This document shows, one piece after another, positions 23,368-32,514 of a DNA stretch of 64,000 bases (within the stretch, counting starts at the first letter, position 1; each line of letters begins with the position of its first letter). Under the pieces are notes generated by a model. The model did not search any database. It was not told where the DNA came from and worked only from the letters and a program-made list of their open reading frames with translations. Both the position numbers and the translations under genes were made by a program. The stretch covers positions 1,984,001 through 2,048,000 of the forward strand of contig JBHGNT010000022.1 of the NCBI GenBank assembly GCA_043228905.1. Reading direction: 5' to 3'. The DNA comes from Azolla caroliniana. Taxonomy: Eukaryota > Plantae > Polypodiophyta.

Positions 23368-26300
23368 TCATGACACTATCCCCCCTTTAAAACGACGAGT
23401 GTCACGAGTCGTCTTGGATTGAGGACCCGGTTTGTGTGGATATTGACGATGGAAGTCTTCAAGAAGAGCACGAGCATTGGTTACATTCTCGATCGGTTCC
23501 CAAGTACGTTCGCTGGGACTATAGCCTAGCCAATCGACTAGATAGTAGAGCTTGTTGCGAACAATCTTGGAATCAAGAATGGCGGCAACCTCGTACTCCG
23601 GCCCATCTTCAAGCTCGATCGGGGGTGGAGGTTGGATAAGACGTTCTGGGATGGTGCTCTCGTGGTAGGGTTCGAAGAGAGAACTATGAAACACCGGATG
23701 TATCCGAAGTTGAGGAGGTAGATCGAGACGAAAAGCAACATCATTAATCTTTCCAATAATACGGAAAGGACCTAATCGCCGATAATCCAACTTCTCACAT
23801 GGGCGAGTAGTCTTGATGTGTCGTCGTAGCAACCACACCCGATCTCCAATATTAAAACTAGATGGAAGTCGATGACGATCCGCGTAGACCTTGTGTGTTT
23901 GTTGAGCTTGCTGGAGATGAGTAGATAAATCCGCTTGTATCTTGCGTAACCGCTCCAAACGATCCTCCGCGCACGGATTTGTGGATACCTCTGGGGTTTC
24001 AAGTACACTCCACCGGGGGTGACATCCCGTATAAGCATAAAATGGCGTAACTTTAGTGGATGCGTGGATAGAGTTGTTATAGGCAAATTCGGCGAAGTGG
24101 AGAATATCTGCCCAGTCGTCCTGATGATAGCTGAGAAAGCACCGCAGATACTGCTCCAACGTTTGATTTGTTCGTTCAGCTTGGCCGTCAGTTTGTGGGT
24201 GGTAGCCGGAAGAGAGGTTACAAGTGACCTTGAGCATGTTAAAAAGGTGCTTCCAGAATTTTGACACGAACTGGGGTCCACGGTCGCTGATGATACTATC
24301 GGGGAGTCCATGATGCCGACATACTTCACGCATGACAATTTCGGCAGTGTCTTCACTGGAGATCTCCTTAGTACATGGCAAGAAATGAGCCATCTTCGTA
24401 TATCGATCGACCACCGTTAGAATCGCATTGAACCCCTTAGACACTGGAAGATCTGTGATGAAGTCTAGAGCAATGGATTGCCACGGCTTGCTTGGAATTG
24501 ATAATGGTTCTAATAAACCATATGGATGATGCCTTGGCATTTTCGCTCTGCAACATGTATCACAAGTCCGAACAAAATCCTCGACAAATTGTCGCATACA
24601 GGGCCACCAGAATGATCGTTGTACTAAATGTAATGTTTTAGTACTACCAAAATGCCCAGCTGTATATGTGTCATGACAGTTTTGTACTACTCGAAGGCGG
24701 CAAGAACCATTAGGAACATACAAAAGTTCTTTAAAGAAGAGTAATCCATCATGGTATTTGAATTGCCGATAGTCTGTACCTGGTGGTTGCGACTGTGAAC
24801 ACGACGCTCGAGAGGGATCAATTTGTGCTAGTATAGCTTGGGCGAACGCATCTGTCTTCAAGTCTTCACGTATGGTATCGATAACGCGAGAATCCATAGG
24901 CATGTCAAAGATTTGTGTTGCTTGTAATCGTGCCGGTCCCAAGATGACTTGTTTTTGGTTATCGAAAGCTGGCTCGCCGGGACGGGGTGCTAGATACGAA
25001 CGCCGTGATAATGCATCTGCCTTCCCTTGGTGCCTCCCCGGACGATATGTAATTTTGAAGTCGAAACGCGTGAGGAAGTGGGCCCACCGAGCTTGACGTC
25101 GATTCAACACACGAGCATCCTGAAAGTAGGCAAGATTCTTGTGGTCACTAAATACGGTGACTGGATGAGAGGATCCCTCCAGAAAATGCCTCCATTGCAT
25201 AAAAGAATCCACTATTGCCAATAGCTCCTTATCATGGATTTCGTAGTTGATTTCGGTGGCATCAAACTTGCGTGAGTGAAAAGCCACAGGATGTAGCTTT
25301 TCATCATTCCCCTGTTGTGACAGAATGCTCCCCAATGCAAAATCCGATGCGTCAGCTTCGATAATGAATGGTTTCTCCGGATCGACATGAGCTAGAATTG
25401 GAGCCGATGTAAATGCTTTTTTAAGACTCTCGAAAGCCATGTCCGTTTCTTCAGACCAGGTGAACGGTTGTCCCTTCCTGGTAAGTTGTGTGAGAGGTAG
25501 AACGATCTTTGAGTAATCCTGTATGAACTTCCGGTAAAATTTGGCAAAGCCTAAGAAGCATTGCACATCCCGTACCGAACGCGGAGTCTGCCATTCTACC
25601 ACCGTTCTGACCTTAGCTGGGTCCATGGAGATGCCTTCTGACGAAATGATGTAGCCGAGAAATTCCACTTGGTTGCACCCGAAACTACATTTTTCTAGCT
25701 TTGCATACAAACCATGTTCTCGAAGTCGTTTTAGTACTAATAGTACATGAGAATCATGTTCTTCTTGGGTCTTTGAATAAACCAGTAGATCATCCAAATA
25801 GATGATCAAACAATCATCCAATAGATCTCGGAATATATCATTAACCATGTGCTGGAAGACTGCCGGCGCATTAGTGAGGCCGAACGGCATGACAGTATAC
25901 TCGAAGTGCCCATATCTGGTGCGAAACGCGGTCTTCCATTCGTCTCCTGGTCGGATCCGTACGAGGTTATATGCTCCCCGTAAGTCGATCTTCGTGAAGA
26001 ACCTGGCACCATTGATCCGTTCTAAAAGACTTGAGATAAGGGGAAGAGCATACCTATTCCTGATTGTAACCTTATTCAAGCCACGGTAATCTACAACGAG
26101 ACGAAGCGATCCATCTTTTTTCTTGACGAAGAAAATGGGCGCACCGGCTGGAGATTTCGAATGCCGAATGAAACCATTTTCCAAATTCTCCTCTATATAG
26201 GCCCGAAGGACTTCCAGCTCGGTTGGTGACAAATTGTAGATCGGTCCCCATGGCGGCTCTTTTCCCGGTTGTAAATCAATGGGGCAATCGTACGGTCGAT

Positions 26301-26964
26301 GATGAGGAAGTGTGTTGGCTTGTACTTTATCGAACACATCGGTGTAATGGCGATACTTCTCGGGAAGTTGAACGGTGGATTCTTCTTTAGTGGTGTTGGA
26401 GGGGTTTACTGATATTGCAAAGAGGAACATTTCCTCCTTGTGCCCTTCTTTACGCAACTGACGTAGCGAAATGGTTGCCATCTTCTGAGTTGACCCTTGG
26501 GTTTGTCGACACCGGATTTCTCTTGTTCTCCAATCTATGTCAGGGTTATGTAACTCGAACCACGGTAGTCCTAAAACTATAGGATGTTCTGGGATACTAA
26601 TAATATTAAATGATACTACACATACTAAGTTATCTAGGACAATATTAATGGGCTCTGACTCTTCTAGGATATTTCCGGAAGCAATGGGACGTCCATCAAT
26701 GACTACTACAGAGGCTGGACACTGGAGTTTTCTTAGGGATATCTTATGAGCTTGAGCAAATTTCTTATCCATAAAGCAAGAGTTAGCTCCGGAATCTAGG
26801 AGTGCTAGGACATGTACTGGAGGGGTACTTTTAGTACTAACTATTACTTGGGCTAGGAACACATCACTAACTTGCTTAGAGGGAATGGAACCACTAATGG
26901 GCTGCACAGATCTAGGGTTGTCCAACCAAACGGCTCCGATTTTGGCTGGACTTAGTCGTTTAAC
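23368..26964 (-). CDS. pol: Pol (PR-RT-RNase H-IN-chromodomain), probably reached by -1 frameshift from gag
   Basis: 1185-aa ORF with LLDSGA, YLDD, EADASD, HHCC, DDE, GPF and a C-terminal chromodomain; the frame is open back to G_TTA_AAC at 26964-26958. Confidence 0.95.
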   Translation of the reverse strand, partial: VKRLSPAKIGAVWLDNPRSVQPISGSIPSKQVSDVFLAQVIVSTKSTPPVHVLALLDSGANSCFMDKKFAQAHKISLRKLQCPASVVVIDGRPIASGNILEESEPINIVLDNLVCVVSFNIISIPEHPIVLGLPWFELHNPDIDWRTREIRCRQTQGSTQKMATISLRQLRKEGHKEEMFLFAISVNPSNTTKEESTVQLPEKYRHYTDVFDKVQANTLPHHRPYDCPIDLQPGKEPPWGPIYNLSPTELEVLRAYIEENLENGFIRHSKSPAGAPIFFVKKKDGSLRLVVDYRGLNKVTIRNRYALPLISSLLERINGARFFTKIDLRGAYNLVRIRPGDEWKTAFRTRYGHFEYTVMPFGLTNAPAVFQHMVNDIFRDLLDDCLIIYLDDLLVYSKTQEEHDSHVLLVLKRLREHGLYAKLEKCSFGCNQVEFLGYIISSEGISMDPAKVRTVVEWQTPRSVRDVQCFLGFAKFYRKFIQDYSKIVLPLTQLTRKGQPFTWSEETDMAFESLKKAFTSAPILAHVDPEKPFIIEADASDFALGSILSQQGNDEKLHPVAFHSRKFDATEINYEIHDKELLAIVDSFMQWRHFLEGSSHPVTVFSDHKNLAYFQDARVLNRRQARWAHFLTRFDFKITYRPGRHQGKADALSRRSYLAPRPGEPAFDNQKQVILGPARLQATQIFDMPMDSRVIDTIREDLKTDAFAQAILAQIDPSRASCSQSQPPGTDYRQFKYHDGLLFFKELLYVPNGSCRLRVVQNCHDTYTAGHFGSTKTLHLVQRSFWWPCMRQFVEDFVRTCDTCCRAKMPRHHPYGLLEPLSIPSKPWQSIALDFITDLPVSKGFNAILTVVDRYTKMAHFLPCTKEISSEDTAEIVMREVCRHHGLPDSIISDRGPQFVSKFWKHLFNMLKVTCNLSSGYHPQTDGQAERTNQTLEQYLRCFLSYHQDDWADILHFAEFAYNNSIHASTKVTPFYAYTGCHPRWSVLETPEVSTNPCAEDRLERLRKIQADLSTHLQQAQQTHKVYADRHRLPSSFNIGDRVWLLRRHIKTTRPCEKLDYRRLGPFRIIGKINDVAFRLDLPPQLRIHPVFHSSLFEPYHESTIPERLIQPPPPIELEDGPEYEVAAILDSKIVRNKLYYLVDWLGYSPSERTWEPIENVTNARALLEDFHRQYPHKPGPQSKTTRDTRRFKGGIVS

Positions 26965-28103
26965 TCTTCTTCTAACTGACTAAGGACATCAAATTTGTTT
27001 GCTAGATCTGGGATATTAGTACTATTAGGACTATCAGATATCCCTACTGAAATAGGTTCGGATTTAGTACAATTAGAACTAGCGACTATTTGGTTTACCT
27101 GTCTTCTTGGCCTATGGGGGCAATTTATTGCGATATGTCCTGGTCCACCGCAGTAAAGACATAGTCGATTTGTACGGCGTCGCTGCTTTTCTTCTTCGGA
27201 TAATGGCCCTCGACGACGTGTAGTGTCAATCTCCATTGGAGTCGGAGTATTCGCTGGAGACGCATTATATGACTCCCTCGGAAAAGGTCTTGCTACCACT
27301 GAGGCGTAGGTGGGCTCTGATCTTGCCCTCGGCATCTGTAGCTGTCGTTCCGAACGTCGCTCAAAGAGGCGGTTGTCACATCTCACCGCGCGACTGATTG
27401 CTTCTGTTAAGGACTTTGGCTCTTCGGGGAAGGTCAAGAGTAAATCCTTGACGTCGTTGCGTAAACCATAACGGAATTGCTCCATCAACGCTTGATCATC
27501 CCAAGGGATATCGGCGGCGAGTAGGCGAAAATCTGCAGCGTATGCGGAGGCTGGACGGTCACCTTGGCGTAATCGCCGGATTTTGTTGATTGCGGTCCTG
27601 ATGCTGTCAGTATCTCCGAAACATGCTTTAAACTCACCTAGAAACTCTTCAAAATTGTTGAGTAACGGAGATTCCTTTTCTAATAGTGGAGCGAACCATG
27701 ACAACGCTGAGCCACTTAACAAAGTGCCTACTAAACCCACTCGTGATGCATCGGTGGGATATCGGGAAGGATGCATTTGAATAACTAATCGTACCTGGTT
27801 AAGGAACCCTCTAAACTGCGATCGCGTTCCATCGAACTTCGTGGGAAGGCCAATCTTAGGTTCTTTATGAATCCCTTGTGTTCCGGGCCCATGTTGTTGC
27901 ATCGCTACGATGGTGGCTTCGAGTTGTTGCACGCGTAACGCAAGTTCCCCATGTTGTTGTTGCGTTTGCTGCTTTTCTAAGGAGATTTGCTGAAGATCCC
28001 CCAGCAACCGTTGGTTTTCTTGTTCCAAAGCATGGAACTTCTCCTTCAAGCATTGGAATTCCGAGAAAACAGATTGATATTCTTCAACGCTAACAGTGGC
28101 CAT
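26952..28103 (-). CDS. gag: Gag, 383 aa
   Basis: Intact ORF homologous to 5095-6264 with CCHC knuckle. Confidence 0.95.
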   Translation of the reverse strand: MATVSVEEYQSVFSEFQCLKEKFHALEQENQRLLGDLQQISLEKQQTQQQHGELALRVQQLEATIVAMQQHGPGTQGIHKEPKIGLPTKFDGTRSQFRGFLNQVRLVIQMHPSRYPTDASRVGLVGTLLSGSALSWFAPLLEKESPLLNNFEEFLGEFKACFGDTDSIRTAINKIRRLRQGDRPASAYAADFRLLAADIPWDDQALMEQFRYGLRNDVKDLLLTFPEEPKSLTEAISRAVRCDNRLFERRSERQLQMPRARSEPTYASVVARPFPRESYNASPANTPTPMEIDTTRRRGPLSEEEKQRRRTNRLCLYCGGPGHIAINCPHRPRRQVNQIVASSNCTKSEPISVGISDSPNSTNIPDLANKFDVLSQLEEELND

Positions 28104-28280
28104 GGAATGAAAGAAAAGAGGAATAAAAGATTAGTAGGAAATGAGAGAGACAGAAGGTAGGAAAATTGGTTCAAACTGTCATGAACAGTACTGAGACAGA
28201 GAAGGAATTAGTACTAAACGAAGGATTAGTACTATGAGAGGTGTGGAACTTCTTTGAGAGAAGGAAGAAGTGAGCGAGAC

Positions 28281-28321
<41 letters not shown>

Positions 28322-28998
28322 TGATAAGAAAGATATTTATTATATGAAGAGAATATACAACGGTGGCTAAAAGGCTTAAGACTGGCGTTGAACCAATTTG
28401 GTTCAACATAATGCCTAGTGCCCTCTTTTATAGTGTTTTCAGGAGTAATCCTGAAGCTTCTAGAATGTTCCAGAGAAATCTGGAATATACACTAATTTCC
28501 TATAATAAAATGTAAATGAAAATAATATCCTACGTATTACAATAGATGGTCTAATGGTCAAGAGCTCGACCCATATAACCTAAGGTCATGGGTTCGAGTC
28601 TTGCCATATCATGACAGGAACTCGAGATGTTGTGAGCGACATGAGGGCATGAAGACAAAAATAGATCAAGGAGACAAAGATGAGGCGAAATGAGAATATT
28701 AGATTGATGTATGAATGACTGGTGTTGCATCCCCTTTGAAACGGACCAAGGAGGTTACAAGTATTTATACAGTGAGTTGAAGTACATGCATTAGAATATT
28801 CTTTAGAATATTTTGAAGAATATTCTAGAACCCTCTAGAACCTCCTAGTTTAGAACTTTTTAAAAACTCCTAGAATGTGAATAGATAATCTATGAAAATA
28901 TACATAGCACGATTATGCACTTGGATGTGTTGGTTATAATATAACATTTGACTATAATACAAGAGGTTCAGAGTTCAAATCTTGACATAATTGTGACA

Positions 28999-30332
28999 AG
29001 TCTCACCTTCTCTTGATCAAGCACGTCTACCAACTTGATGAATAGTAGGACCCGGCTTGAATCAAGCACGGTCCGTTCCAACGTTGAGAGCCGGGCAAAA
29101 TCGTTTTTCAAACTCTTAGAGGAGCGCCGATGTGTTCCTCCCCTTACGAGGGCTCTCGACCCACTCCATCAGCTCCCTCTTCGACAACCAGAATGATTCA
29201 TCGAAGCCATACCTTTCGAGTAGCGTCTCATCGAACTTCGGCCAACTTCAGGAGTCGGCCTGCAACTCGAGCACCTCTGCGTGGATGTTTAGCGTAACTA
29301 CTTGGGGAAGCACGGACAACCATCTATCTTTCGGAATATCTTTCATCAGCATCTTAGCCTTGAAGGCCTCAAGATAGTTCATGACATCCTTCCCGTTGAA
29401 ACGGCCTTTCGTACCGACTATTGTTTCCACGGCCCTGTCAAGGCCATTGGTGCTTTCATGAGCGTTAACGAACCGGTCAACTGCCACCGCCATGGCTTCA
29501 GCTAGTTCACTTCCTCTCATCTTCAGACTCCTCTGCCGCCCTTTCACGTCCGGTTCACCAAAGATGTTGCGGATTTTCGTGTGTATGTGTCGAAGCGGGA
29601 CGGGACCATGGGGGTCTCGGACCAAGGAGCCGGTGGGAGTTGGAAGGTCGTCCGGATACTTTCGCCGGATCGATGTCCGGTCACGTATCCGGTCCGGATC
29701 GGTTCTCGGATGCCGGACAATTAGTGCACGGGTTCAAAGATGTGTGTTGTTCTAGCCCGATCGTTGGTTAACAGGGAGTGAGCACACGGGCTCAGGACTC
29801 GGGTAAACGCGAGTGACAGATGGAGAAAAAATGGGGATGCATACTCAACACAAAGAGAACAATCGGTTACAATGAAAACGAAATAGATTAAACAAGAGAG
29901 GAATACAACTGGACTCGGCTGGTGTCAGAGCTACGCGCTCTCGAGACACACACACACACACAGGAACATAGAATGATGAACCACTGGTCGGGAGTTCAGA
30001 GGCTTCACCTTCTTCCTCGAATGAGTACAACACACGAGACAGAGAGAGGGAGCGATCTCGGCACTCAAACTGACAACACTTCGTCCATAAAGACAACCGC
30101 TTTTGGATAGAGATTTCCCCTTGATTCCCTCCATCATCTATCATTATTATTCTCTGTGCATGTGGCCTTAAAGTGCCTATCGAATCATTCCTACCAAGTT
30201 GTATTCCTCAATACTTAAACTAACACTAATTTACATATGATTGTACAAAAGACATTTCGAGTGCATCAATGCATGCCCCGTTCACGTGCTCTCGGGCACC
30301 TTTTCTCCCAGTAGCTAGAATTCCTCACAACA
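28999..30332 (-). mobile_element. Relic of a tRNA-Trp-primed gypsy: 5' LTR (29565 to about 30332), PBS 29543-29560, gag N-terminus
   Basis: GRFNGKDVMNYLEAFKAKML resembles gag 54711-56837; PBS TGGTGAACCGGACGTGAA lies 4 nt from a ..CAACA end; the outer LTR boundary is uncertain. Confidence 0.7.
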
Positions 30333-31959
30333 CCGTATCTAATGTACCTAACTTATGTACCTAGTTGATATTGGGTGTTGAGGTTTTGATTATGATGGTC
30401 ATTGGTAATCATGCATGCTATTTCATTAGGCTTCCTTCTCATAATCTTCTCCAAACCTTTTAACTATCAAAGGTGTTCGTTGGAAGGTTCTACAATATTT
30501 ACACTTTGTTATTTTTGCTTACAATTCATTAGAATGATCTCCCTTTCTCGAACGGTTTTCATTATCCATTGACCTTGGCTAACTATCTCAAGTCCTAGTT
30601 TTCATGGCACCATTGAACGTATGGTTACACTTACCTCCCTCTTCTTTGTGTAATCTTGGACCAAGTGATCTCAATCACACCCTTACATAAGTGGCCTATC
30701 GATAAACCCAAGCTATTAAGTTTTGAGCTTGTTATCACACTCTCTCTATACAAGTGGCCTCTCGATGAAACCAAGCTATTAAGTTTTGAGTGTGTTAATC
30801 TAAAGATGTGGCTTCGATGCACTAAGCTGTAGTCTTGGTTTGAAATCCATCTTCAGACAATGCTCTAAAGATTTCCCTAGTTTCTAACCCATGAAGGTGC
30901 TCTAATCTCTTGTCTTGGTTTGAAATCCATCTTCACACAATGCTCTCAACTTTTCCTGTTAGAGCTTGCTGGTGCGCTCGCTGCAAGAGTTGACCCACCA
31001 CAATGACGGAGTCTCGACGTAGTTGATAATGTATCAAATGAGGGTAGCTAGGCCTCATATTTATAGCCCAACCTAAAGCCCCCAGGCAAGTTCACACTTG
31101 GCCTAATGGGTTGTCCCAATCCCAAGTATTAAAAGTAATCCTTTTGTTCTTTACACTCTTGTTTAACCCTCACACTTTATCCACGTGTATAGAATACTAC
31201 GGTAAACCTTACCACGGGATATGGTCATGCCCGTAATAGGTCCAATGTGCTCCCAACATTTGGCCACTTGGTTATCAAGCTACGATTACCTTCTACACTT
31301 TGAGAGTGAGCCTTACTTTCCATTAGGGTTAAGTTTCCCGAGTTTCTAACTCATCAAGTGGTTTAGTGTTCTCCCAACTCTTGACCACTTGGTTATCTAG
31401 CTAAGATTACCTTCTACACTTTTGAGAGCGGCTCGTACTTTTCATTGGGGTTAAGTTTCCCTCGTATTTATTGAGTGTGGCACTCCAACCTTGGTAATGG
31501 GCTCCCATCGCTATGTGTAACGAAGGTTCATTCATTGGTACAATGAGTAGTGGGCACTTTGGGCTGATTCGTGGGCGATATATCAATATAAAATTGTTCA
31601 AGGCAAAGGTTTTACTTTACCTATCCCAAGTGGGCTTGTTGGCCTTTCCTACAAAATGTGAACCTGATAATGAAGGCAAACCGGGTCGAATGGTAACCCT
31701 TCATATGGTTGTTTTGGGGTCCCGCCTCTTCGGGCACATATCCGTAAATACCAGTAAAAGTGTGGCTATTTCAAGAAACCCTAAACAAAACATGATTGGT
31801 GCCCATTGACCGGTAACCTCTGCTATTGGATCCTCTTTCTCACATCTGGCTCAGTAATTAATTAATTTTGAAATAAGATTAACTTTTGATCAATCCTCGA
31901 CACACAGAATAGAATCTATATACAAAAAAATGTTCTTATATATGTTGCTAATAAGTTAA

Positions 31960-32514
31960 TTACAAATGAAGGGTTAGGTCTAAGTAAGGAGGGGAGAAAT
32001 GGTGTTCATCTTGCTGAAGAGAATTTGTGATGAATCTTCTATGATCATGTTCATGATTGTGAAATGATTGCATAACGCCATTGCCATATTGGGATGGATG
32101 ATCTGATTGACCAAATCGGGCAGAAATCATCGGTTTGGGAACAAAAGAATGAGGTTTGATACCCACAATATTGCTCGAGAACCTTTGTTGATCGTTATAA
32201 CTAATCGTGTCTTCATTGTAATTAATTTTTTGATCAATCATAAGCCCAATATCGCCCTGCCTGATATGATTCCTAAGATTGTTGATATTGTTGCACTTCT
32301 TCGCTGCAGATCTCTCTCTTTTGTGGGCATTTTGATGTCCACCTAAAGCTTGAGAGCTATGGAACTTCCTTGAGCAGAAAAAACAGGGGAAAACTCTTAT
32401 GGGCTCATGATCATTCATACTACTGTCACTATTGTCATTGCCGCTGCTGTTGGAGCTTTGATGGGGATGCAGGATTGGAGCATTAACGTTATTCAAACAA
32501 CTTGTTTCTGACAT
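31960..32514 (-). CDS. Single-finger plant C2H2 zinc-finger protein (QALGGH, ZFP/GIS-like) with C-terminal EAR repression motif
   Basis: Intronless 184-aa ORF: [27 protein letters not shown] and terminal LDLTLHL; (TA)n/TATA region about 110-135 bp upstream. Confidence 0.93.
   Translation of the reverse strand: MSETSCLNNVNAPILHPHQSSNSSGNDNSDSSMNDHEPIRVFPCFFCSRKFHSSQALGGHQNAHKRERSAAKKCNNINNLRNHIRQGDIGLMIDQKINYNEDTISYNDQQRFSSNIVGIKPHSFVPKPMISARFGQSDHPSQYGNGVMQSFHNHEHDHRRFITNSLQQDEHHFSPPYLDLTLHL

Larger units (their letters stand above)
22942..28616 (-). mobile_element. Intact young Tcn1-like chromovirus (element D)
   Basis: LTRs 28177-28616 and 22942-23375 look identical except (GA)n length; GGAAC TSD on both sides; uninterrupted gag and pol; PPT next to 23375. 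Confidence 0.97.
22851..28998 (-). repeat. Second copy of the 15809-16334 LTR family, split by element D (pieces 22851-22941 and 28617-28998)
   Basis: Collinear similarity to the solo LTR (CACACCAA.., GTGTTG..CCC, TCTAGAACCCTCTAGAACC, GAGTTCAAATCTTGACAT..TGTGACA). Confidence 0.85.
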
